64,000 bases of DNA, from positions 107,185 to 171,184 of the forward strand of contig JANQJS010000012.1 in NCBI GenBank assembly GCA_028281535.1. The letters are read 5' to 3'. The notes below the pieces were generated by a model. That model was given only the letters and a program-made list of their open reading frames with translations. It searched no databases and was not told the DNA's origin. Made by a program: the position numbers and the translations under genes. Origin of the DNA: Sedimentisphaerales bacterium (lineage in GTDB: Bacteria > Planctomycetota > Phycisphaerae > Sedimentisphaerales > SM23-30). Shown here one piece after another: positions 19,088 to 28,654 of the stretch (the first letter of the stretch is position 1; each line of letters starts with the position of its first letter).

Positions 19088-20311
19088 TTAAGACTCGTTC
19101 GGGTTGACTGCCATTTGATAGCATTTAACCAATTCTGATATCATTTGGCTAACTAAGAAATGTTTTCGTAAATGCTTTTGGCCGTTTTCTGCCAGGGTTT
19201 TGGCTGATTCTTTGTCTGTAACAAGTTTTTCGAGACAAGCAGTGAGTGCGTCTTCATCCTGAAAAGGAAAGGTAAGAGCTGTTTTGTTATCGATTAATAA
19301 ATCGTTATGTTGTTCTTCACAGGCGACCACAGCATTACCTATACTCATTGCTTCGAGCATTTGAGGGTGCCATTTTTTTTGTGGCCAGGGTTGAACAAAA
19401 ATATCTGCTTCCTTTAAAACCACTTTATAAGCATCACTGACCGAAATCATATCAGTAATGGGCGGAATAAAATTAACATGAGAGGATATGTCTAGTTGTT
19501 TGACCTGTTGTCGATAATCATGTTCTGCGCTGCCTTTGCCTGCTATCGTTAACTCTATTTTGTGGCCCTTGTTGAGAATTCTTTTAACAGCATTAATTAG
19601 TTGCGAAATACCGCGATTGTGTTTTAGGTAGGTACAGCAAAAAACTTGTGCAGAGTTACTTTGATGATTGAAACAACTGCTCTTTTCCGAAACATGGCAA
19701 CCAATAGGAATCCATTGGACTTGCTGAAGAATTTCTGGATTTGCTTGTCGGATGTCGCGAACGGTTCCACTGTGATATGGGAAAATACCGCGACAATGTT
19801 TATCATGCAGGCAACTTGGGTTTTTGTTTTGTGTTAATAGTGATGCTACATAGGGGATATCTAGCTTTTGGCTTAAATATCGTGCTAGTTTAATTTGTTT
19901 TTCACTCATCGCATGAACGATCGTTGGTTTATAATCCGTCAAAATATCAACCAGTCGTTCATAATGTTGCTGCGGGAAAAATTTATCATATAAATGAAAT
20001 TTAGACATTTGTACTTTAACGCGTCGTTCAATGTTAGCCGCTGTTTTGGAAACAAATTTTTCGAATTGCTCGCTTTTGGTAATTAGTCGAATCGGAGGAC
20101 TGGGAACAAAATCAAGTGCTTGGCTAGGTTCCAGACAAACCAGGCTTAAATCCACCACTTCATCCATGAGTCCAACAGCTAGACGCCGGAGTACTGGGCC
20201 AAACCGAGTTAAGCTATCCTGATCAGCTAGAAGCACCAAACGTAGTGGTGTTATTTGGGGTTTCGTTTGCTCACTGGCGGTTGGAATGGGTTGTGATTGT
20301 GATTGACTCAT
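19088..20311 (-). CDS. GT-B fold glycosyltransferase (group 1/GT4-like)
   Basis: C-terminal half has the ..ADIFVQPW....W....LEAMSIGNAVVA.. pattern typical of the Glycos_transf_1 E-x7-E region. Confidence 0.65.
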   Translation of the reverse strand: MSQSQSQPIPTASEQTKPQITPLRLVLLADQDSLTRFGPVLRRLAVGLMDEVVDLSLVCLEPSQALDFVPSPPIRLITKSEQFEKFVSKTAANIERRVKVQMSKFHLYDKFFPQQHYERLVDILTDYKPTIVHAMSEKQIKLARYLSQKLDIPYVASLLTQNKNPSCLHDKHCRGIFPYHSGTVRDIRQANPEILQQVQWIPIGCHVSEKSSCFNHQSNSAQVFCCTYLKHNRGISQLINAVKRILNKGHKIELTIAGKGSAEHDYRQQVKQLDISSHVNFIPPITDMISVSDAYKVVLKEADIFVQPWPQKKWHPQMLEAMSIGNAVVACEEQHNDLLIDNKTALTFPFQDEDALTACLEKLVTDKESAKTLAENGQKHLRKHFLVSQMISELVKCYQMAVNPNES

Positions 20312-20656
20312 ATTACTATCGAATAATGTTATTTTGTTCTATTTATCATATCCAAATTTCTTAACTCTGTCGTATATAAAATCAATGATAATTCGTCGAT
20401 GAATTCTACAAATGGTATTTTAAACATCCAAAAAGTCATTTGTGGTAGTTATTGAGTTTATAAAGAAACATATAGAACATAAAACCTTTTCAGTACAAAT
20501 GTTAAATCGTCAAAAATCCTTTTAAGAATGAAATGATAAATTATAAATTGGTTAAAATACATATTGCTGCCAGGCAATTTCTGATTATAATACAATAGAT
20601 GACCCAAAGGTATTTTATTTGATTTTTATTTTTGCGATTTTTAAAGGAGAGCGGTT

Positions 20657-22612
20657 ATGCCCACTGACGGCCTATCAGATAATCCTACTTACGATATTCC
20701 AGATGCAATAAAAGGTAAAACCATCATCGATGAGGCTACCTATCAGTCTATGTATCAACGTTCCATCGAAGACCCAGAAGGTTTTTGGACGGACATGGCA
20801 AAAGAGCGACTCGCTTGGTATTCGACATGGGATAAGGTATTGGATTGGGATTTTCACAAAGCGAATATTGAATGGTTCAAAGGGGGAACATTAAACGTCA
20901 GCTATAACTGTCTGGATCGGCATGTCGAAGCTGGGCATGGCGACCAAACGGCCCTGATTTGGGAAGGCAATAGTCCAGACGAAGATTCAAAAATCTCTTA
21001 TCGTCAACTTTTAGGTGAAGTCTGTCGTTTTGCCAATGCCCTTAAAGCGGCAGGTGTTAAAAAAGGTGATCGTGTTTGTCTTTATATGCAGATGATCATT
21101 CAGCTTCCTGTTGCAATGCTCGCCTGTGCACGTATTGGTGCAGTTCACAGCGTTGTTTTTGGAGCGTTCAGTCCCGATTCACTGGCCGATCGCATTAACG
21201 ATTCTTCATGCAAGATTCTGATTACACAAGACACTGCTTTGCGTGGCAAAAAGAATGACATTCCCATGAAAACCAATGCGGATAAAGCTGTTGCTAATTG
21301 TCCCAGCATTGAAAAAGTGATTGTTGTCAAACGTACAGGTAATCAGGTTCCCATGCAGGAGGGGCGTGATATATGGTGGCATAATATTACTGAAGGGACT
21401 AGCAAAGATTGTGAATGTGAGCGGGTCGATGCTGAAGATCCACTCTTTATTTTATATACCTCCGGCTCAACCGGAAAGCCCAAAGGTGTTTTGCATACCA
21501 CCGGCGGCTATCTATTGTTTGCATCCATCACGCATGAATATGTGTTCGACTATCAGGATGGTGATATCTTCTGGTGTACTGCTGATATCGGTTGGGTCAC
21601 TGGGCACAGTTATATTGTTTATGGTCCCTTATGTAATCGCGCATCAACCTTAATGTTTGAAGGAGTACCGAATTATCCTGATTTTGGTCGCTTCTGGCAG
21701 GTGGTTGAAAAGCATAAAGTCAATAGTTTCTATACCGCGCCAACTGCGTTACGTGCATTGATGAAAGAAGGCGATGATTGGCCACAAAAATACGATTTGT
21801 CGACATTGAAAGTGTTAGGTACGGTTGGTGAACCCATTAAAAGTCCAGAGTGGCATTGGTATTATCAAATCGTTGGCAAAGAACAATGTCCGATCGTTGA
21901 TACCTGGTGGCAAACCGAAACGGGTGGCCATCTGATTACGCCATTGCCTGGTGCGACAAAAATGAAACCTGGTTCAGCGACGCTTCCATTTTTTGGTGTG
22001 CAGCCAGCATTAGTAGACGACAAAGGCACTGAACTTGAAGGTAATGATGTCAGCGGAAACCTCTGCATCAAATTCCCATGGCCAGGTATGATGCGTACTT
22101 TGTATGGCGATCATGAACGTTTTGTCCAAACCTATTTTTCGACCTATCCAGGAAAATATTTCAGTGGTGATGGCTGTCGTCGTGACAAAGATGGTTACTA
22201 TTGGATTACAGGTCGGGTCGATGATGTGATTAATGTCTCTGGACACCGACTAGGTACCGCTGAGATTGAAGGTGCTTTGGGTAAACATCCTAAAGTTGCC
22301 GAAGCTGCGGTGGTTGGATATGACCATGATGTAAAAGGCCAAGCCATTTATGCCTATGTAACGCTCAAAACGGGGGAAGAGGTGACTGACGATCTTACTG
22401 GCGAGTTGGTCAAAATGGTTCGTAGTGAAATTGGCCCTCATGCCAGCCCGGATAAATTGCAATTTACACCAGCATTACCAAAAACGCGTAGTGGTAAAAT
22501 CATGCGTCGGATTTTACGTAAGATTGCTGAAAATGCCGTTGATCAAATTGGTGATACATCAACCTTAGCTGACCCATCTGTGGTTGATTCGCTGGTGGCC
22601 AACAGGCAATAA
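20657..22612 (+). CDS. acs: Acetyl-CoA synthetase
   Basis: 651 aa with [40 protein letters not shown]. Confidence 0.95.
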   Translation: MPTDGLSDNPTYDIPDAIKGKTIIDEATYQSMYQRSIEDPEGFWTDMAKERLAWYSTWDKVLDWDFHKANIEWFKGGTLNVSYNCLDRHVEAGHGDQTALIWEGNSPDEDSKISYRQLLGEVCRFANALKAAGVKKGDRVCLYMQMIIQLPVAMLACARIGAVHSVVFGAFSPDSLADRINDSSCKILITQDTALRGKKNDIPMKTNADKAVANCPSIEKVIVVKRTGNQVPMQEGRDIWWHNITEGTSKDCECERVDAEDPLFILYTSGSTGKPKGVLHTTGGYLLFASITHEYVFDYQDGDIFWCTADIGWVTGHSYIVYGPLCNRASTLMFEGVPNYPDFGRFWQVVEKHKVNSFYTAPTALRALMKEGDDWPQKYDLSTLKVLGTVGEPIKSPEWHWYYQIVGKEQCPIVDTWWQTETGGHLITPLPGATKMKPGSATLPFFGVQPALVDDKGTELEGNDVSGNLCIKFPWPGMMRTLYGDHERFVQTYFSTYPGKYFSGDGCRRDKDGYYWITGRVDDVINVSGHRLGTAEIEGALGKHPKVAEAAVVGYDHDVKGQAIYAYVTLKTGEEVTDDLTGELVKMVRSEIGPHASPDKLQFTPALPKTRSGKIMRRILRKIAENAVDQIGDTSTLADPSVVDSLVANRQ

Positions 22613-23632
22613 TTAAACCTCGACGGGTTGAGCAGGTATTGAATCATAACGGAGCCGGTGAATTGCTTCGGCATCACCGGCGACGATGAGTACGTCACCA
22701 GATTTAAATTGTAATGTTTTGTCTGGGCGGACATTGATATCGCCATCTTTTGATTTAATGGCGATAAAGACGAGTGCGTCGACATTTTCTTCGTAATACT
22801 CTATAGTACGTCCCACCAAATCACATTCATCCTCGATGTCAATTTCGTGGATTGCAATCCCATCGAAATTTTCTTTGGTGTGATGTAAAATTTCGGTCAA
22901 GGTGGGATGTATAATCAGCTCGGCGATTTCTTCACCGCCTGTTTGAGCAGGGGAGACCACCATGTCAGCACCGGCGCGACGGGCTTTTGGTTCACTGCCT
23001 TCTTCAACCACACGACAGATTATTCTCAGGTCAGGATTTAATTCACGTGCACTTAACATGATGATAATATTTTCCATATCAGAAGAGACTGCGCAAACCA
23101 AGCATTTGGCGCGATCTATACCGGCTTGAAGTAACGTGACATCGTCGGTCGCGGCACCTTGAATACATAAGTGACCTAAAAAGCTTGCCTCTTCAAAGCG
23201 TTTGTCATCTTGTTCGATTACGGCAAAAGGTTTGTCGGCATCAATGAGTCGTTCGCAAACAATGCGTCCCAGGTGTCCCCAGCCGCATACGACGGTATGA
23301 TTAGATAAAGCATCAATATTACGTTTCATTCTCTGTCTCCATAAAGCCGGTTGGTTGACAATGGATTGAATTAAATTTTTAAAAACATACGTTCCCGCGG
23401 CAATACCAAACAGCATCATCAGTAAGGCAAATTTTTCACCGGCCGGGCTTAATTGATAGTCGCTATATCCAACAGTGGTAATGGTAATCACTGTAAAGAA
23501 GAGGGATTTCCAGAACCCCCATGAATCCATGATGATCATGAATCCAAATGTGCCAATACATAAGACCATCAACAGCAAAAACAATGGTTTTGCCAAATCT
23601 CGCAAAAGGCTGGATGTGCCATCTTTTTTCAT
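22613..23632 (-). CDS. Two-TM K+ channel with RCK (TrkA-N/TrkA-C) cytoplasmic domains
   Basis: Selectivity-filter-like TITTVGYSD between two TM helices, Rossmann VVCGWGHLGR, C-terminal TrkA-C-like beta domain. Confidence 0.8.
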   Translation of the reverse strand: MKKDGTSSLLRDLAKPLFLLLMVLCIGTFGFMIIMDSWGFWKSLFFTVITITTVGYSDYQLSPAGEKFALLMMLFGIAAGTYVFKNLIQSIVNQPALWRQRMKRNIDALSNHTVVCGWGHLGRIVCERLIDADKPFAVIEQDDKRFEEASFLGHLCIQGAATDDVTLLQAGIDRAKCLVCAVSSDMENIIIMLSARELNPDLRIICRVVEEGSEPKARRAGADMVVSPAQTGGEEIAELIIHPTLTEILHHTKENFDGIAIHEIDIEDECDLVGRTIEYYEENVDALVFIAIKSKDGDINVRPDKTLQFKSGDVLIVAGDAEAIHRLRYDSIPAQPVEV

Positions 23633-23829
23633 CTAAACCGTTTTCTCCAGTGAGAAACATCGATCGTTGTGAGACCGATAATCTAAATTTATACAGAGGT
23701 CCATTTGTTATAATCGTATAGTCTGCTATCCACCTTTAAACCTGAGTGAATAACATTTATAACTTCTTTAGGATAAAAGGGTGCGAGAAAGATTATAGGA
23801 CATAATTCAGGTAGTTAATGAAAAGGAGT

Positions 23830-23867
23830 GGGTGGCAGCGTCAAGCAAAGCTTGGCGATGGAGAATT
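23830..23867. repeat. Family-1 structured repeat, copy C (GGGTGGCAGC - hairpin - GATGGAGAAT)
   Basis: GGGTGGCAG, then an 8-bp hairpin CGTCAAGC/GCTTGGCG (23839-23846 / 23850-23857), then ATGGAGAAT. Near-identical to the copy at 28226. Confidence 0.6.
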
Positions 23868-23919
23868 CAGTAAATGCTTTTGGTGAAGTGGAGATAGCGG
23901 GAATGTATAATTGATAAAA

Positions 23920-23997
23920 GTCTCGCCAACCAGGCAGCGACCAACGGGCGCGGGTTACTTTCAGAATGGTCGCGGCGTTAAAAGTGACGAATGTCAC
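23920..23997. repeat. Family-2 structured repeat, copy E1
   Basis: GTCTCGCC-AACCAGGCA-GCGACC..loop..GGTCGC-GGCG, then hairpin GTGAC-GAAT-GTCAC. Aligns along its length with the copies at 40076 and 58829. Confidence 0.6.
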
Positions 23998-25922
23998 CTA
24001 GCGTCCATCCAGTCTTCCCAGAGACCTTGTTCTTTGAGTTTTTCTCGTTGTTTTTCAGAGCGGTAGAGTTTTTCTCGTTGTTTGCGGGCGACTTTATCAT
24101 TGTGTTTTTGAGTTTGATGGAAAATTTTCACTGCACCAGATTCTTGGATGGCTTGATCGCGTTTTTGTCGTGTTGCTTTGCGATAACGACAGATCTTTTT
24201 GCGATCAGCGTTTTCTAGTACATCATCTTTGAGGGACAAAAAGAATTGACATTCACCCGGATCTCCTTGCCGGCCAACACGTCCTGTGAGCTGTTCATCG
24301 AGACGTTGCAGGGGGGATCGGTCAGTGCCTAACAAAAACATACCACCTTGCTGTGCAATATTTTCACCTAGTAATATGTCGACGCCACGCCCGGCCATAT
24401 TGGTAATGATTGTAATACGATTGGCCTGACCGGCTTGTGCAATAATATCCGCTTCTCGCGTATGATTTTTTGCGTTAAGAACATCATGTTCAAGTTGACG
24501 TTCTGTGAGCATATTGCTGATGCGTTCTGAAGCAAGTACCGACCCAGTACCAATGAGAATCGGTCGTCCCGTTTTGTGAATTTCTTCTATTTTTTCGAGG
24601 ATCGCCAGGTTCTTTTGTTTCAGAGTGCGGTAAACCTGGTCGTTAAGAATTTTGCGTTGCTTGAGTTTGTTAGGAGGTATAGGTACAATCGATAAATCAT
24701 AAACCGATTTAAATTCTCGGGCGGAAACGGAGGCGCTACCTGTCATGCCGCTAAGTTTCGGGTACTTGCGAAAGAATGTTTGGAAGGTCGTGGATGCAGT
24801 CCCTTTTAATTCCGCTGAAGGCTGCAAGCCATTTCGTTGTTCGATGGATTGATGAATGCCATCAGGCAATTGACGTCCCGGAATGAGCCTGCCCGTTGAC
24901 TCATCAATCAAGACAACTTTGTCATCTTGGATCACATAGTGTTGATCTTTTTTATAAATGTATCGAGCGGCCAACGCACAGGTAATATAGCGTTCCCAGC
25001 GATGTCCACTTGGTAGTGTTCGTAATAAAGCACCGACATTTTTTCGGGATGCTGCTTTGCCTTCATCTTTAAGTTCAATACTGCGATCATCCTGCATAAT
25101 TCGGAAATGTTCGCCACGATTGAGTTGACCAGCAATTTCATCCGCTTTTTCGTATAAAGCAATTTGCCCAGAAACCCGTGTGCCACCCGCTAGTGAGATA
25201 GGACTACGTGCCTGGTCAATCAGAACGCTATCAATTTCATCGACAATGACAAAATCATATTTGGGGTTCAGTTCCGGTTGTTTGTCGGGACGAAGGATCG
25301 CATCCACTGAGCCAGTTTGCCTTTTGCGCACCGGTTCACGCAGTGAATCAAAGACAATATCGCGTGCCGTTGAGTAAACGACATGCTGTTGATACGCATT
25401 TATTTTTTCCTGCATTCCCGATTGTGGCATGATGAGCCCGACGGTCAAACCTAACCCTTTATAGAGCGGCTCCATCCAATTGGCATCACGCTGGGCAAGA
25501 TATTCATTGGCCGTGACAATATGACAACATCGATCAACCGCACTGGCATGATGCAAAAACGCCGAAAGGGGAGCCATGAGCGTTTTGCCTTCCCCCGTAT
25601 CCATCTCGGCAATGTGTCCTTCATAAAGTGCCAGGGTACCGATGAGCTGGCAGTCATAGTGACGCATATTAAGCATGCGTTTTGAAACCTCTCGTCCAAT
25701 GGCAAGAAGCTCAGGCAGGATAGGAGTAATTTTAGGTAGAGCTCGCGCCTGAAGTTTCAGCTCGGCAACTTTGTCACCCAGTTCACTGTCACTTAAGTTG
25801 GTCACCGACGATTCAAGTTTATTCGTCTGCTGGACAATTTTTTTATAATGATTCAGCTTATATGATTGCCATGGCTTATGGCAAAGCTGGTACAAAATGC
25901 TCATAAAGGTCTCCATTCGCAC
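23994..25922 (-). CDS. SecA-like ATPase paralog lacking the C-terminal translocation domains
   Basis: MRHYDCQLIG, EMDTGEGKTL, VDEIDSVLIDQARSP and GRVGRQGDPGECQFFLSL match SecA NBD1/PPXD/NBD2. Only ~75 aa (Lys/Arg/Glu-rich) follow NBD2, giving 642 aa versus ~850-900 aa typical. Start codon uncertain (M1/M3/M7). Confidence 0.8.
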   Translation of the reverse strand: MRMETFMSILYQLCHKPWQSYKLNHYKKIVQQTNKLESSVTNLSDSELGDKVAELKLQARALPKITPILPELLAIGREVSKRMLNMRHYDCQLIGTLALYEGHIAEMDTGEGKTLMAPLSAFLHHASAVDRCCHIVTANEYLAQRDANWMEPLYKGLGLTVGLIMPQSGMQEKINAYQQHVVYSTARDIVFDSLREPVRKRQTGSVDAILRPDKQPELNPKYDFVIVDEIDSVLIDQARSPISLAGGTRVSGQIALYEKADEIAGQLNRGEHFRIMQDDRSIELKDEGKAASRKNVGALLRTLPSGHRWERYITCALAARYIYKKDQHYVIQDDKVVLIDESTGRLIPGRQLPDGIHQSIEQRNGLQPSAELKGTASTTFQTFFRKYPKLSGMTGSASVSAREFKSVYDLSIVPIPPNKLKQRKILNDQVYRTLKQKNLAILEKIEEIHKTGRPILIGTGSVLASERISNMLTERQLEHDVLNAKNHTREADIIAQAGQANRITIITNMAGRGVDILLGENIAQQGGMFLLGTDRSPLQRLDEQLTGRVGRQGDPGECQFFLSLKDDVLENADRKKICRYRKATRQKRDQAIQESGAVKIFHQTQKHNDKVARKQREKLYRSEKQREKLKEQGLWEDWMDAR

Positions 25923-26129
25923 TAAGAAGGTCTTATTTTCCGTAATCCGCCGGTGATGTCAACGCTGATTTTCAGAAAGTCTTGATCTATTTGACCTTAC
26001 AACACTCATGGCTAGTAAAAAACTCAAAAATTCTCCTCATAAATCATGATTTCCCGCTGGAAATCGCCCGTCGACTCGGCTAAAATGGCCAACCTCATTG
26101 CAGGCAAACCTTAGCAATGACCCAAACCA

Positions 26130-26202
26130 GGGGCCGTAGCTCAGTTGGGAGAGCGCTTGACTGGCAGTCAAGAGGTCGAGGGTTCAAGTCCCTTCGGCTC
26201 CA
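26130..26202 (+). tRNA. tRNA-Ala (anticodon GGC)
   Basis: Manual cloverleaf: acceptor GGGGCCG/CGGCTCC with the G3-U70 Ala identity pair, anticodon loop CTGGCAG, T loop TTCAAGT. Confidence 0.9.
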
Positions 26203-26244
26203 TTTCATTTTCAGGTCGACTTTATATCATGGTAAAAGTTCACA

Positions 26245-26958
26245 ATGGCGATATTTAGGATAATTTTTGTTTATATCATTTTACTTTTTAGTAAGTTCAT
26301 AGCGAAAATTATTGCACGAGGATCAAACAAGGGTGCGTTAATTGGGGCTTTTTCTGGGGCATTTATCCTGGTTGTTTTAATTTTGATTTTCCAGGGAGTA
26401 GGCAAAATACAAAATATGTGGGCTAGTTGGTTAATTGCCGGAGCGATTTCTGGGGCATTGGCTGGTATAATTATTGGCGCTAAAATTGGACCAGAAAATA
26501 TACCAGACGAAGTTGGTGGATATGTTAAAATTACTAATTATAACCGAGCTTTGGTTCCTCTGGTGCCTGCAATACTTTTTCTAATTGTTACCCTTTTTAT
26601 GGTTCAAACTCTTGGTAATATTAATCCAAGCGCAAGGCGGAATTATGGTATTATGACTATTTGCATGGGGCTTCTTTCATTTGGATTTACGGTTAAGCAG
26701 CTCTTTTCTATTCTTGCGATTAAAGTCGGTCCTGATATTTACGTTATCCGCTTGTTGGGCAAGAGATTGATTACGTCTCAGGAGGTTTCGTGTATTAATC
26801 TGGAAAGAGGTAATCTTCCGGCTAGTGATCCCACAGGTACTATTATTGGAATGTTGAGTGTTTATAAAAATGATTCAACGGTCATTCAAATTCCTGTGAC
26901 TGAAGAGAAAAGTCAGATCCTTGTTGATATGATAGAAAAGCATTACTTGAAATATTAA
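26245..26958 (+). CDS. Hypothetical membrane protein with glycine-zipper helices
   Basis: Multiple hydrophobic helices with GxxxG runs (GALIGAFSGAF, GAISGALAGIIIGAKIG). ~80-aa soluble C-terminal domain. No recognisable family. Confidence 0.5.
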   Translation: MAIFRIIFVYIILLFSKFIAKIIARGSNKGALIGAFSGAFILVVLILIFQGVGKIQNMWASWLIAGAISGALAGIIIGAKIGPENIPDEVGGYVKITNYNRALVPLVPAILFLIVTLFMVQTLGNINPSARRNYGIMTICMGLLSFGFTVKQLFSILAIKVGPDIYVIRLLGKRLITSQEVSCINLERGNLPASDPTGTIIGMLSVYKNDSTVIQIPVTEEKSQILVDMIEKHYLKY

Positions 26959-27108
26959 AATAAAATTTACCAAGTTAGGTTGCCCAGCCTCTAGCCGGCA
27001 TTTGCATCAAAATTATTATCCCTCTATTTCTCTGAAGTAAACCAAAAAAAAGAGCGGACACACAAGGGAAAATGAAGGGTTAAATGTTGCATGCCCGCCC
27101 TACGTTTC

Positions 27109-27131
27109 CCGGAAAATACATTCCGGTTTTT
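27109..27131 (+). terminator. Weak candidate intrinsic terminator
   Basis: CCGGAA-AATACA-TTCCGG followed by TTTTT, 150 nt downstream of the 26245..26958 gene. Confidence 0.35.
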
Positions 27132-27253
27132 GATAGTCAGGGTTATTTAGATATTTCTGTCAGTTTCTATTTATCGGTCCTTAATTTGCTTTGCAATTGT
27201 GTCGATACTAACTGGGTAAGTTCACTTTATAAATTAGTGTAAAAGGGGATTCA

Positions 27254-27646
27254 TTGAACGATCAGACACGAAATTTTTTGGAATTCGTCAATCAGATGCC
27301 ACGAGAGTGGAAGCAATGCTATCGCAAGGTCGCTGGCGAAATACGCAAGGTCCAGGAATCGTATGGCGATTACAGTAGCATTTTTGATTTTGATCAAATG
27401 AGTGAGGCCGAAGCTTGGGCCATGATTGATCAATTCGTACTCAAAATAAATATCGAGTATATCAATTCTATCAAAAATTTAGACCCTGACGTGATGAAAC
27501 ATTACCCAGACAACCTCATCGAAATCACGGAATTGCATCGCAACGCCGTACGTTGTCCCAAAGAATATTTACATGGCATCAATCAGGGCATCTATGCCGA
27601 TCACCCGGAGTTGTTGAATCCCAAAGCAGCCTTTGTTACAGATTAG
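27254..27646 (+). CDS. Hypothetical protein (ORFan by my reading; TTG start)
   Basis: 130-aa ORF with no recognisable motif. GGGGA lies 5 nt upstream of the TTG. Confidence 0.4.
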   Translation: MNDQTRNFLEFVNQMPREWKQCYRKVAGEIRKVQESYGDYSSIFDFDQMSEAEAWAMIDQFVLKINIEYINSIKNLDPDVMKHYPDNLIEITELHRNAVRCPKEYLHGINQGIYADHPELLNPKAAFVTD

Positions 27647-27992
27647 CTGCTTCTATGTCTTTGATAAACTTCTTCACCTTGGCCTGGCTATACTCATAAG
27701 CCGTTTGGCCGTTGCGAGCCGCGTTTTGGCCCTCAATTTCCATCTTCCAGCTTTTTGATAGTTGCAGTGCGTTCTCCACATATTCCTTTTGCTCAGACTT
27801 TTTACAGTCTAAAAACTTCAGCAACATCGCATGAACAATCACACTATCAATGCCTTTGTCCTTGCTGTTGCCTGCTTTACTGAATTTTACGCACAGCTCA
27901 TCGAGTTTGCCGATGGCCCAAGTGTCCAGGTTTATACCCTTAAACTTCTTGTAATCCAGTTGTCTCGAGTTGTCCTTGTCTCCTTGCTTCAT
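27636..27992 (-). CDS. Hypothetical protein (ORFan by my reading)
   Basis: 118-aa Lys-rich ORF converging on, and overlapping by 11 nt, the 27254..27646 ORF. Confidence 0.4.
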   Translation of the reverse strand: MKQGDKDNSRQLDYKKFKGINLDTWAIGKLDELCVKFSKAGNSKDKGIDSVIVHAMLLKFLDCKKSEQKEYVENALQLSKSWKMEIEGQNAARNGQTAYEYSQAKVKKFIKDIEAANL

Positions 27993-28225
27993 AATGACCT
28001 TCTATTTCCACCCTCGGAATAGTACCGTGCTTACGTGATTGTATTATAACAATATAATTAATCAATATCAAATATTAATATTGACGATTGTGATTTTATC
28101 GGCTTTTTTAGGCCATTTCTTTACCCAGAGTCGCCAGGTTATCAAAAAAAGTTTTACCCGTGATTTTTTCCTCAGGATATGATTAAATACCCCCATTCCT
28201 AAACCTAATATTGAGTATAAAAAAT

Positions 28226-28263
28226 GGGTGGCAGCGTCAAGTAGTGCTTGGCGATGAGGAATG
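28226..28263. repeat. Family-1 structured repeat, copy D
   Basis: GGGTGGCAG plus hairpin CGTCAAG/CTTGGCG (28235-28241 / 28247-28253) plus ATGAGGAAT. Ends 31 nt before the ppnP ATG. Confidence 0.6.
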
Positions 28264-28294
28264 TGAAAATCAATATACTTAACAGGAGACTTAA

Positions 28295-28576
28295 ATGTTC
28301 GACGTCAATGAATATTTCGATGGTAAGGTAAAATCAATCAGCTTCAAAACGGCCGATGGCGCAGCCACGGTAGGTGTCATGGCAGCAGGGGAATATGAAT
28401 TTGGCACGTCGACGGTCGAATTTATGACTGTGACCAGCGGTTCTTTGGATATTTTACTTCCAGGCGAATCGGACTGGAAAACATATGGTCCTAATGAAAC
28501 TTTTAAGGTCGAAGCCAACCATAAATTCCAAGTAAAAGTCTCTCGGGATGCATCTTACTTGTGTCTCTATAAATAA
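28295..28576 (+). CDS. ppnP: Pyrimidine/purine nucleoside phosphorylase PpnP (DUF1255)
   Basis: MFDVNEYFDGKVKSISF...GVM..GEY.F.T...E.MTV.SG.L..LLP...DW..Y......F.V......F.V.......SYLC.Y is colinear with E. coli YaiE/PpnP as I recall it. Confidence 0.9.
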   Translation: MFDVNEYFDGKVKSISFKTADGAATVGVMAAGEYEFGTSTVEFMTVTSGSLDILLPGESDWKTYGPNETFKVEANHKFQVKVSRDASYLCLYK

Positions 28577-28595
28577 AACATTGTACGTTTAAAAT

Positions 28596-28633
28596 AAAAA
28601 AGGCATCAGTATTTGCTGTACTGATGCCTTTTG
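28596..28633. terminator. Bidirectional rho-independent terminator between convergent genes
   Basis: 11-bp stem AGGCATCAGTA/TACTGATGCCT (28601-28611 / 28619-28629), flanked by A5 upstream and T4 downstream. Confidence 0.75.
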
Positions 28634-28654
28634 AATAGCTGGTTTGAGTATGGA

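Noticed and set aside
23851-23900. GGCGATGGAG / GGCGATGAGG in family-1 copies C and D resembles the 5' core of the fluoride (crcB) riboswitch
   Set aside because: The closing CGCC of P1, the AAAC-GCC linker, P3 and the 3' pseudoknot strand are all absent. Here GGCG is the 3' arm of the CGTCAAG/CTTGGCG hairpin. The downstream genes are not fluoride-related.
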